Shown here: positions 1-7,901 of the stretch, piece after piece | Position numbering within the stretch: the stretch's first letter is position 1 | How the letters are laid out: each line of letters opens with the position of its first letter | Virus record (IMG/VR): IMGVR_UViG_3300033074_000984 | From: a virus | Taxonomy: Duplodnaviria; Caudoviricetes | Reading direction: 5' to 3' (one strand) | DNA: 64,000 bases | Notes under the pieces: generated by a model | Seen by the model: the letters and a program-made list of their open reading frames with translations, nothing else | Databases searched by the model: none | Told to the model about the DNA's origin: nothing | Program-made: the position numbers and the translations under genes

Positions 1-546
1 GGCAAGACGTACGTCGGCAAGCACCAGACGCGAGACGTCAACGACGGCTACACTGGTTCTGGTAATCTTCTTAAGAGAGCAATAGCCAAGCACGGAGCCG
101 AGAACTTCGTCACTCGTGTCCTGTACGACTTCGACGTCGAGTGGAAGATGAACCTAGCCGAGAAGATCTTGGTCTGTACGGACCCAGAGGTCAGTTACAA
201 CCTCTGTCCAGGCGGCGAGGGCGGATGGGGATACGTGAACTCTAACGGACTTGGTGCCAAGCATGGCGCGTCTATTTTAAGAAGATTGAATCAAGATAGC
301 GATCGTCAACGTAAAAAGGCTAAGCTCGGCGCAGCTGTAACAAACGCTAGGTATGGTCCTTCTAATAAATTGCTCTCGTATTGGAAGGGTAAACATCATT
401 CTGAAATGACTAAAGAAAAAATGCGTGCAAACCATAGCACGAAGAGTCATCCGAGAGGTCCGAGAGGGCCATATAAGAAACGGCTCTGGTCTCAGCAGAC
501 AGCGATCTCTCATAAGGATCGCCGAGTCGGGGCAGCACCGACCTGA
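1..546 (+). CDS. GIY-YIG (Seg-like) homing endonuclease with NUMOD3 motif, 5'-truncated by the window
   Basis: Frame +1 is open from base 1: GKTYVGKHQT..DGYTGSG..LKRAIAKHGAENF..E..YNL..GG, then GKHHSEMTKEKMR (NUMOD3-like). The 3' half is AT-rich and the gene sits next to tRNA genes. Confidence 0.85.
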   Translation, partial: GKTYVGKHQTRDVNDGYTGSGNLLKRAIAKHGAENFVTRVLYDFDVEWKMNLAEKILVCTDPEVSYNLCPGGEGGWGYVNSNGLGAKHGASILRRLNQDSDRQRKKAKLGAAVTNARYGPSNKLLSYWKGKHHSEMTKEKMRANHSTKSHPRGPRGPYKKRLWSQQTAISHKDRRVGAAPT

Positions 547-553
547 GCTACCA
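482..553 (+). tRNA. Atypical tRNA with CAT anticodon (Met or Ile2) or tRNA-like RNA
   Basis: Acceptor GGCTCTG/CTGAGCT then ACCA; mini D arm GTCT-CAGC-AGAC; anticodon arm GCGATCT-CTCATAA-GGATCGC; T arm GTCGG-GGCAGCA-CCGAC. Confidence 0.7.
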
Positions 554-733
554 ATTAGGTAGACGCAGATGATATCACTTAAGAAGGTGAGCGTAGTAGG
601 GCCTGGCGTAGACGCGTTTGACGCTCGTAAGGAGAGCGACGACGCCTCGCCGATAACGGCTGCCGCTCTTAAGCGATCGATTGACAGTGTCTCGACTGCT
701 AACTTTGCAGCGATAAAGAGACTCACAGAGTCG

Positions 734-740
734 ATAAATA
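734..740 (+). promoter_or_regulatory. T4-type late promoter ATAAATA
   Basis: Resembles the T4 TATAAATA core and lies just upstream of the lysin-like gene at 768. Confidence 0.6.
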
Positions 741-767
741 GCTTCGAACACAATCAACGGAGCTATC

Positions 768-1826
768 ATGGCCTGGAGAGTAGCAAAGTCACTCCTGAAG
801 CTTAGAGAGCAAGTAGACGCAGCGGTTCCCGCTCGGTCGAAGTCCTCTGACGGCACAATCGGCGACGCGGCTCACGCGTCGCGAAGCAGCGACCATAACC
901 CGTGGGTGAAAGACGCTGGAACCGGCGTCGTCACTGCGATGGACATCACCCACGACCCCTCTCACGGCGTTGACAGCTACGCCCTTGCAGACCATCTTCG
1001 CGAGGTTGTCGACCCTCGAGTGAAGTACGTCATCTCGAACTATCGCATCTGGAACCCCTCGGTGTCGCCAGCTTGGCGGAGGTACACGGGCACAAACCCA
1101 CACAACCACCACGTTCACATCTCAGTGAAACCGACCAAGTCGTTGTACGACGACACCAGTGCGTGGGACATCGGTGCTCTTGGCGGCTCGAGCCCTACGT
1201 CTCCGCTGCATAGCGAGGATGAACGACCAGTCATTCGAAAGGGCGCTTCTGGCCAGTGGGTCAGGAACCTCCAGAAGATGCTTGGAGTCGCCATAGACGG
1301 CACCTTCGGTCCGCTAACAGAGCGAGCGGTGAAGGCGTTCCAGAAGAGCGTCAAGCTCGCAGCTGACGGAGTGGTTGGCGTCTACACGTGGGACGCTCTA
1401 GATCAAGAGACAAAGGACGCCGGCGTCATCAAGAAGCCGGACGTTACGGGTGCGAAGAACGTCGTAGCGACGGTCTTTGGCGGCTCTTCAGACGTCAACA
1501 AGAGCGCCTATGACGGACACGTCATCACAGACGGAGAGCTCGGAGTGTCGCTTCCGGCTCGACTGTCCTCTTCAAGAAGAGTTCGCGTCATCAACCGAGC
1601 GAACGGCAAGGAGGCTGTCGGACCGGTGGTTGATGTCGGTCCGTGGTACACAGACGACCCATACTGGGAGACGGGTAGCCGTCCGCTCGCTGAGGAGCGC
1701 GTAGTCACGCACGGACCAAACAAGGGACGACGAACCAACCTCGCAGGCATCGACCTGACGCCAGCTCTCGCAAAGCGGATAGGCGTTAACGGCATGGGTC
1801 ACGTTGACTGGGAGTTTGCAGACTGA
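768..1826 (+). CDS. Modular cell-wall hydrolase: Zn-peptidase-like N-domain, peptidoglycan-binding domain and RlpA/DPBB-like C-domain
   Basis: SDH..AMD..H..HVHIS metal-ligand pattern; PGBD signature LQKMLG..DGTFGPLTERAVKAFQ...DGVVG..TW; DPBB-like VVDVGPW...IDLTPALA; SD GGAG. Confidence 0.75.
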   Translation: MAWRVAKSLLKLREQVDAAVPARSKSSDGTIGDAAHASRSSDHNPWVKDAGTGVVTAMDITHDPSHGVDSYALADHLREVVDPRVKYVISNYRIWNPSVSPAWRRYTGTNPHNHHVHISVKPTKSLYDDTSAWDIGALGGSSPTSPLHSEDERPVIRKGASGQWVRNLQKMLGVAIDGTFGPLTERAVKAFQKSVKLAADGVVGVYTWDALDQETKDAGVIKKPDVTGAKNVVATVFGGSSDVNKSAYDGHVITDGELGVSLPARLSSSRRVRVINRANGKEAVGPVVDVGPWYTDDPYWETGSRPLAEERVVTHGPNKGRRTNLAGIDLTPALAKRIGVNGMGHVDWEFAD

Positions 1827-2212
1827 TGCTTCCTACCGGCGCTGCTGTAAACGGGCTGCTGTCTGAGCTCTATCGAGAGGGCGTGAGGATACACAGCTCA
1901 CGAGAAGACGTCGAGCGAAAACTCGACGCCTTGCTCGCTGAAGCTAGGCGAATGATCCTGTTGAGAATAGATCGTAACGTTGACGCTTATGAGGAGAACA
2001 AGGCAGAGCGTAGACGACGAAGCGCTGCCTCTTTAGCAGTTGCTCGCGAGCTCGCACCAGTCATAGCAGCCGTTGGACCCGTAGGAGATCGCAGCGAGAT
2101 GATCGCGTGCTTTATCGGCACGTCGAATAGGGGCGCCTTTGGAGGCGCCACGTTCACAGATGCTTCTATAGAAGCCGGACTTGGAGACGAGTTTCGTGCG
2201 TCGCCCGCGTAG
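1826..2212 (+). CDS. Hypothetical protein
   Basis: Start overlaps the lysin stop (TGATG); phage-typical codon usage. Confidence 0.5.
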   Translation: MLPTGAAVNGLLSELYREGVRIHSSREDVERKLDALLAEARRMILLRIDRNVDAYEENKAERRRRSAASLAVARELAPVIAAVGPVGDRSEMIACFIGTSNRGAFGGATFTDASIEAGLGDEFRASPA

Positions 2213-2277
2213 TATAGCGGTCATTACACGCCCTTGGTAAGGGTGGGACCGGGGTTCGACTCCCCGCGCGGGCTCCA
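2203..2277 (+). tRNA. tRNA-Thr(GGT)
   Basis: GCCCGCG/CGCGGGC acceptor, CGCCC-TTGGTAA-GGGTG anticodon arm, GGTTCGACTCC T arm, encoded CCA. Confidence 0.95.
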
Positions 2278-2299
2278 ATAAACAGAGCGTCTTTAGAGT

Positions 2300-2328
2300 A
2301 AAGGGGGCCCGTCGTGGCCCCTTTTTTA
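2300..2328 (+). terminator. Intrinsic terminator
   Basis: AAAGGGGGCC-CGTCGT-GGCCCCTTTTTT. Confidence 0.85.
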
Positions 2329-2357
2329 TTGCCTCCCGTTTGAAGACGTGATATAAT
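2329..2357 (+). promoter_or_regulatory. Sigma70-type early promoter, probably driving a leaderless mRNA
   Basis: TTGCCT-17-TATAAT with extended TG; ATG at 2364 lies 6 nt after the -10. Confidence 0.75.
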
Positions 2358-2363
2358 TGACTC

Positions 2364-2606
2364 ATGAGTCATTGGAGAAAGATTGTCGTAGACGACAAAG
2401 AGTATCGCTGGGTGGTCGGCTCGCATCATCTCGTCGTGCAAGACGCGGATGGCGTTAGGATCATAACATGCACCGCTGCAGAGGCAAAGGGCATCTCTTT
2501 GTACGAGTGGGAGCGCGGGCACCTGAAGGGCACACAAGACGGGATGCTTCGTCCAAGCGAGGTGTCGTCTCTTATAAAGAGGATCACGAATGTCTCATCG
2601 GTATGA
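2364..2606 (+). CDS. Hypothetical early protein
   Basis: ORF directly behind the promoter. Confidence 0.6.
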   Translation: MSHWRKIVVDDKEYRWVVGSHHLVVQDADGVRIITCTAAEAKGISLYEWERGHLKGTQDGMLRPSEVSSLIKRITNVSSV

Positions 2607-3258
2607 CCTGGTACGATTCCTGAACAGGTACTCCTCAAAGGACTGGGAGCGTCACAACGGTCTTCGCGTCACTCGTTTTCTTGACCTAGCGGCTAACGGC
2701 GGCTGGCTCGCCGGCGGCGCCGTTCGTCGACTCTTGCTTCTCGAAGACGACGCACCAGACTACGACTTGTTCTTTCCATCAGAGGAGTCGCTTCAGCGCT
2801 GTTTAGGCGTAGCGAAGGGTCGAGGCCGCGCGGAGATCATCAAAGAGGATGATCGCGTGATAACGCTTGACGTCTTCATGCCGTCAGCGCTTTCGAAGCG
2901 CGACCTCGTCTTGCCCCATGTGCGTGACAAGCTTCGTGTGCAACTCATTCGAGTTGATTACTACAAGCACGTCGAAGAGCTCATTAACTCTTTTGACTTC
3001 ACCGTCTGCCAGTTCGCGATCGCTCCGAACGGCGACGCTGACTACTCTCTGTGGGTCGGCGAGCACTCGCTCTGGGACCTTGCGCGTAAGCGTTTAGCAG
3101 TCAACCGCGTGACGTATCCCGTCTCCACCCTTCGCAGGCTGCTGAAGTACACCAGACAGGGCTTCACCGCGTGCAACGGCTGTCTACAGACCCTTGCGAC
3201 TGCAGTTGCGGACAATCCGGAGTTGCAAGAGAGGCTCGGCGTCTTCTACGTGGACTAA
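2590..3258 (+). CDS. Pol-beta-superfamily nucleotidyltransferase (CCA-adding/poly(A) polymerase head-like)
   Basis: WLAGGAVRR..DYDLFF and SFDFTVCQ motifs. Confidence 0.8.
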   Translation: MSHRYDLVRFLNRYSSKDWERHNGLRVTRFLDLAANGGWLAGGAVRRLLLLEDDAPDYDLFFPSEESLQRCLGVAKGRGRAEIIKEDDRVITLDVFMPSALSKRDLVLPHVRDKLRVQLIRVDYYKHVEELINSFDFTVCQFAIAPNGDADYSLWVGEHSLWDLARKRLAVNRVTYPVSTLRRLLKYTRQGFTACNGCLQTLATAVADNPELQERLGVFYVD

Positions 3259-3285
3259 GTGCTTGACACTCTTTGCTTAATTATT

Positions 3286-3372
3286 TTAGCCCAGACTCAA
3301 CTTTTTAGTTGACTTCTGGGCTAAGAGGGCGTACTATGTTTCCACGATGAACGAAACAAGGGACGACATCAT
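3286..3372 (+). promoter_or_regulatory. Early promoter cassette copy 1 (stem-loop plus TTGACT-17-TACTAT)
   Basis: TTAGCCCAGA/TCTGGGCTAA inverted repeat; near-identical to 4027-4110. Confidence 0.85.
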
Positions 3373-3703
3373 GAACGGCATGCGGACGAGTTCGGGATAC
3401 GTCACGACGTTTCACGCGGTTGACGGTCAGTTCGGTGTGATGCGTGACGATGACCTGAAGAAACTTCAGTCGTTTCGTGACGACGTCGCCGCGATGTCGC
3501 GCGATGCAGGATGCAAACTTCGCGTTTGTGTGAAACCGCGACTTGGTCGGAACAATCCGAACGCGTCAAAATATTCGCGCGTTCGTAGACAGGTCACCGA
3601 TCAGAACGGCGTGACTTCGTACACGCGGTCACCGCAATCTGTCTTGATGGCAGACGCTGCATATTTTGACGTGTATCTCTACCGCCGGTATCCCTGGCGG
3701 TAG
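3347..3703 (+). CDS. Hypothetical early protein (RLGxNNP/FDVY family), paralog of 4085-4627
   Basis: KPRLGRNNPNA...A..FDVYL. Confidence 0.7.
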   Translation: MNETRDDIMNGMRTSSGYVTTFHAVDGQFGVMRDDDLKKLQSFRDDVAAMSRDAGCKLRVCVKPRLGRNNPNASKYSRVRRQVTDQNGVTSYTRSPQSVLMADAAYFDVYLYRRYPWR

Positions 3704-3730
3704 GGGACACGGGTCAGACAGGAGCCGACC

Positions 3731-4030
3731 TTGAAACCGACAGCAGCATACGTCGAGGCCCACGAAGAAGCAGCTCGTGGGTCGCTTCGTAGTCTCCTTG
3801 AGTGCTTCGATGAAGACGCGAGCGTCGTATACTCGGAGCTCGTTCCGGACGCGCACCTTAACGGAATGCGTGTTCTGCGTGTAATCGTCCTCACTGACGA
3901 GGCGGTGCATGACTGTTACTGGAACGTCACCACCGGCGGCTCCTGGTACGAGCGTGAGCCTGGTGGCTGGTACGTCATGTTGACGCATGCTACGGACAAG
4001 AAGCACTTTCTTAGCTCTGAAGTACTTTAG
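3731..4030 (+). CDS. Hypothetical protein
   Basis: SD AGGAG, TTG start. Confidence 0.5.
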   Translation: MKPTAAYVEAHEEAARGSLRSLLECFDEDASVVYSELVPDAHLNGMRVLRVIVLTDEAVHDCYWNVTTGGSWYEREPGGWYVMLTHATDKKHFLSSEVL

Positions 4031-4111
4031 CCCAGACTCAACTTTTTAGTTGACTTCTCGACTAAGAGGGTGTACCATCTACCCATGATGAACGAAACGA
4101 GGAACGACATG
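4027..4111 (+). promoter_or_regulatory. Early promoter cassette copy 2 (TTGACT-17-TACCAT)
   Basis: Repeat of the 3286 cassette. Confidence 0.85.
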
Positions 4112-4627
4112 ACCCGCGCTGACTCTTATGTTGCAACTCTCACGTGCGAAGACTTCGGCGTCCTGGATGCTCCCTCCGAGATTCGTCTCGACGCCATTCG
4201 TCGCACCGTGCGTTCCTTGAACAAGAACTCTGACGGTCATCTCTATCGCATCTACCGTCGCGGTCGTCTCGGCAAGAACAACCCCTACGCGCCGATCTAT
4301 GCGTTACGCGACTCGACCATGATCTCTGTCAGGCACGCTTCGCGCTTCGACGTCTACATCGGTCGCGACACGGACGCCGAGCGCCGCCGCGCTGCTAAGC
4401 GCACCGGACTCAAGAAGGGTAACGACTCCCGAAAGTACCTCGAAGGTCTCTTTGCGCGCGCCGGCCATCCCAGCGCTATCAACCTCGTCTCTGCCACCGT
4501 CACACGAGGCGACAGCTACGGCTCCGTGACTCACGCGATCGTCTACATTGACGCGCTCGGCGCTCGCCACGAGACGTTCCTTCAGACGGACGAAAACTAT
4601 GCGACGTTCTACACCTTCGCCGGCTGA
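4085..4627 (+). CDS. Hypothetical early protein (RLGxNNP/FDVY family)
   Basis: RGRLGKNNPYA...ASRFDVYI; start ambiguous (4085, 4088 or 4109). Confidence 0.7.
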   Translation: MMNETRNDMTRADSYVATLTCEDFGVLDAPSEIRLDAIRRTVRSLNKNSDGHLYRIYRRGRLGKNNPYAPIYALRDSTMISVRHASRFDVYIGRDTDAERRRAAKRTGLKKGNDSRKYLEGLFARAGHPSAINLVSATVTRGDSYGSVTHAIVYIDALGARHETFLQTDENYATFYTFAG

Positions 4628-5205
4628 ACCTCGGTTTGATGACCGCGACATCCGGCTCGTAGCGTATACGCAGATGGTCGAAAACGTCGGCACGGATAAC
4701 GATCCGTGCTGGCGGCCGGTCGGAACGGAGGAGTACGTCGTCGCACGCCTGAGCGCCAATGAAGTGATCGCTCTTAGAACAGACGGCATCGCCCGTCTCG
4801 TTCTTACGAAACTAGGACAGCGACTCATAGGCGTCCAGATGGGTACGGAGTACGTCTTGGAGTGGGAGGTGCTTGAGTCTTTTGAGCACACCCCGTATGA
4901 ACAAGCTCAGCTTGACTGTGACGGCGAGATCAGATACCCGCCAAAAGACATCACGGAGTAGCGACCATGAATGACGAAGCCAAACGAACCGGTGACCTCT
5001 TGGACGTGTTGTTCGCTTGCAAGAACGCCATTGACGAGATGCGCATGCACGGCGTCAATGACGCCGTCGCTCTTCGGTGGGTCCTTCACGTTCGAGACCA
5101 AGTCGTTCTTATTGAACGCTTACGCTCTGAGAGGGTCTTTCGAGACAACCCTCCAAACTTCTACTCTCTCAGCGAGACGCTGAAAACAGTTAAGGCGCAT
5201 TCGAT

Positions 5206-5577
5206 ATGAACGGGCAGAACGCAGCCATGGTCGCCGACATGCTACGCATGATTGCAGGGCTCATCGAGGGTCGCGGGTACACACCACCTCCTCCTCCGCC
5301 ACCGGCGCCCTACTACGCCCCTGCGCCTCGACACTACGTTCCCCGAGCCGCTCCCAAGAGACAGACGCCTGTCGCGCGTGACACTCCTCTGCCCAGGCCG
5401 TTGCCGGCTCCTAAACCGGCAACACCGGTCGAGCCGGAGCTACAGCTTGACGGCGCGTCCCCTCCAAGTCCCAAGCTTCCGCGAGAGGGACACGGTGAGG
5501 AGGTCCGTGAGTGGGACCTCCGTACAGGAAAGATGATACTCGAAAACGGCAAGATGCACATGCAGAGGGAGCAGTGA
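5206..5577 (+). CDS. Proline-rich hypothetical protein
   Basis: PPPPPPP tract; ATGA overlap with the upstream ORF. Confidence 0.5.
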   Translation: MNGQNAAMVADMLRMIAGLIEGRGYTPPPPPPPAPYYAPAPRHYVPRAAPKRQTPVARDTPLPRPLPAPKPATPVEPELQLDGASPPSPKLPREGHGEEVREWDLRTGKMILENGKMHMQREQ

Positions 5578-5651
5578 CTGTGGACGCTATTGTCAAACAT
5601 GCTCGGCGTAGCGCTGATGCTAGCCAGAGCGAAGCTTGAAAGGAGCAAGTC

Positions 5652-5876
5652 ATGACTGTTTCAGAGCTGATCGAGCTCTTGATGGACGCGCCACAGGACG
5701 CTGAGGTCCACTTCGCCTACAACTACGGCGATCATGCCAGGACGCAAGTCGCCCCAGTCGTTCACTCTGTTGAAGAGGGCTACGTGTTCTGGTCTGACTA
5801 TTTCAGCCAGCCCGTCGTTTCTGAAGACGAAGACGAGGTCGACGAAGACGCACAACCCGTTGTTATCATCACTTGA
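5652..5876 (+). CDS. Hypothetical protein (MTVxELIE family)
   Basis: SD AAGGAG; typical small phage protein N-terminus. Confidence 0.65.
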   Translation: MTVSELIELLMDAPQDAEVHFAYNYGDHARTQVAPVVHSVEEGYVFWSDYFSQPVVSEDEDEVDEDAQPVVIIT

Positions 5877-6227
5877 GAGCTGGAGAGAGACATGGACGTG
5901 TTACGCGCTGAGAAGCATGCCCAGGACATGATGGTCGAGGCTCGCGACGGTGAATGGGACATGAACTTCATTCTCATTCTTGATGAGAAGTCGCTTCCTC
6001 TTCTCTGTACCTGGGTCGACCCCTACTTCGGGGTGTTCACTGTTTACGGCAAGCCGGAGCTCGGCGTCTGCTTTACCAGCGGTTTGCCAGAAACCGCAAG
6101 CATCTTACCAGCGGGTGTCTGACATGCGTACTCTGAGAGAGCTATGGGCTGTCGTCGCGCTGTTCGTGATGACGTTTCCAGCGATCGGCTAGATGTTGCT
6201 ATAAAGCAACACTCGCACATAAAGAGC

Positions 6228-6274
6228 CACGAGCGCTCTGCTCCCTTGACATAGCAGAGCGCTCGTGATATAGT
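6228..6274 (+). promoter_or_regulatory. Early promoter TTGACA-17-TATAGT inside a perfect 15-bp inverted repeat
   Basis: CACGAGCGCTCTGCT-cccTTGACAt-AGCAGAGCGCTCGTG. Confidence 0.85.
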
Positions 6275-6299
6275 TCTCCTATCATGAGGGAGAGACTCT

Positions 6300-6512
6300 A
6301 TGCGAATGATTTTTGGAGCGCTTCTCGCCGTCGCTTTCGTCACCTCAGCCATGGCCGAGCCGGACGAGATCACTCGTCGCATCGGCTACGAGATGCTCGC
6401 CAAGAAGATGAGTGAGCAGCTGTTGCAAGAGAAGCTCAGCGAGCCGATGCCGCCCGTGCATGTTCAGGCGCCCGGCTACTTCTTGATCGGTCGCGACGTC
6501 CGTATCGGCTAG
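6300..6512 (+). CDS. Small secreted hypothetical protein
   Basis: Signal-peptide-like N-terminus ending AMA. Confidence 0.6.
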   Translation: MRMIFGALLAVAFVTSAMAEPDEITRRIGYEMLAKKMSEQLLQEKLSEPMPPVHVQAPGYFLIGRDVRIG

Positions 6513-6521
6513 GAGGAGACT

Positions 6522-6719
6522 ATGTTCGGGTTCTCTTGGAGAGACATAGAGAGCGACGGCGTCTCTATCGAGTACTGGAACGGCGTGTCGTGGGTGATGT
6601 ACTCTCAGTGCAACGACGTCGCTCAATTCGTTCGAACCCAGATGGAGGCGTGTCAACGCGCGCACCCCATTGCCAGCGTGCGCGCGATAGTCGATGGAAG
6701 AGTCGTTGATAGACTCTAG
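6522..6719 (+). CDS. Hypothetical protein
   Basis: SD AGGAGG. Confidence 0.55.
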   Translation: MFGFSWRDIESDGVSIEYWNGVSWVMYSQCNDVAQFVRTQMEACQRAHPIASVRAIVDGRVVDRL

Positions 6720-7207
6720 TCGGTAGCCGTGTTCGCTGCCGGCTCCTTCGTCGAGGTCGCGACGGTTCCGGAGCTGCTGAGACCCTTGAGGATCACAGTC
6801 ATCGCCGCCTGGGTAATCGTGCCGGCCACGCCGTCGACCTTCAGGTTGAACTGCGTCTGGAACGCCTCGATAGCTGCCTTGGTCTTTGCACCGTAGACGC
6901 CGTCTTCTACGAGTGGCGCGTCGATTGTCAGCTTGCCAGCTGCCGCGACTGTGTTGATGGTCTTCTGGATCCACTTGACGACGTTCGGGTCGAACGACGC
7001 GATGGCCGCGCCGACCAGCTGGATCTCCTCGCTTGCGCTAGGAAACAGCGAGGCGCCGATACTCGTAAGCATTCCGGTGACGGGGCCGGCGACGTTTTGG
7101 ATCTTCGTGACGATGTCGGCGTTGGTTAGCGCTTCGTCGAGAATGGTCTTGACGACGGGCCCGTACTGAAATGCCAGACGAATCGCGTCGAGCCAGTTGA
7201 AGCTCAT
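6716..7207 (-). CDS. Peptidoglycan-binding-domain protein (late)
   Basis: DGVYGAKTKAAIEAFQ..LKVDGVAGTIT; ATAAATA on the minus strand at 7244-7250. Confidence 0.75.
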   Translation of the reverse strand: MSFNWLDAIRLAFQYGPVVKTILDEALTNADIVTKIQNVAGPVTGMLTSIGASLFPSASEEIQLVGAAIASFDPNVVKWIQKTINTVAAAGKLTIDAPLVEDGVYGAKTKAAIEAFQTQFNLKVDGVAGTITQAAMTVILKGLSSSGTVATSTKEPAANTATD

Positions 7208-7243
7208 GGGTGATCTGTTCCCTGCTCTGTTGTGAACTCAACT

Positions 7244-7277
7244 TATTTATGTCGAAGATGGTCTCTCGACCTAAATA
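7244..7277. promoter_or_regulatory. Divergent late promoters
   Basis: TATTTAT at 7244-7250 (minus strand) and CTAAATA at 7271-7277 (plus strand). Confidence 0.6.
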
Positions 7278-7302
7278 ATAGCTACACTGAAGGGAGGCGT
7301 AG

Positions 7303-7497
7303 ATGGATCAGAGCTCTCTTATCGAGATAGACAGGCAGATAGTCGAGGCCCTTCGGTCACGTCTCGGAGATCGCGCTTCGAGACTCACGTGGCTTCTTGA
7401 CTACGCTAAGAAGCAAGAAGACGCCGGAAAGAAGTGCTCCTTCTTCATTGACAAGGACGTTACTCAAATCGTCGTGCGCCTCACTAAGAGTGGCTGA
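7303..7497 (+). CDS. Hypothetical protein
   Basis: SD GGAGG, behind a late promoter. Confidence 0.55.
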   Translation: MDQSSLIEIDRQIVEALRSRLGDRASRLTWLLDYAKKQEDAGKKCSFFIDKDVTQIVVRLTKSG

Positions 7498-7901
7498 CTC
7501 ATCATTTTCTTTCTATCGCGCGAAAAGCGTGCTTCTCGTAATACCTACGATCTGCACGGCGGCGCTTGGCCCGACGCCGCCATAGACGACTTGTCGGGCA
7601 ATGGAGAAACATCTTGACAAAGAAGATCTTTGAACACGTTCCCGTGATCGACGTGGAGAACGCGATTGCACAGGCGCGAAGAGATCGGTCTCTGTACCTC
7701 GCTTCTCTATTAAAGCGAGGCTTTGGACGCATTCGTGACTGGTTCGTGGGGCAAGACCCTGTCGAGGCTTATATGGCTCGCTCTACGAGCCACGCCGACT
7801 GCTCTCGACGAGCAAAAGACGTCGTTAGAAAGGAACACACGTTTTTGTAAGACCGGCGTTTCGTGATAGAATTACACCTCTCGTAACGAGACGCCGGAGG
7901 G

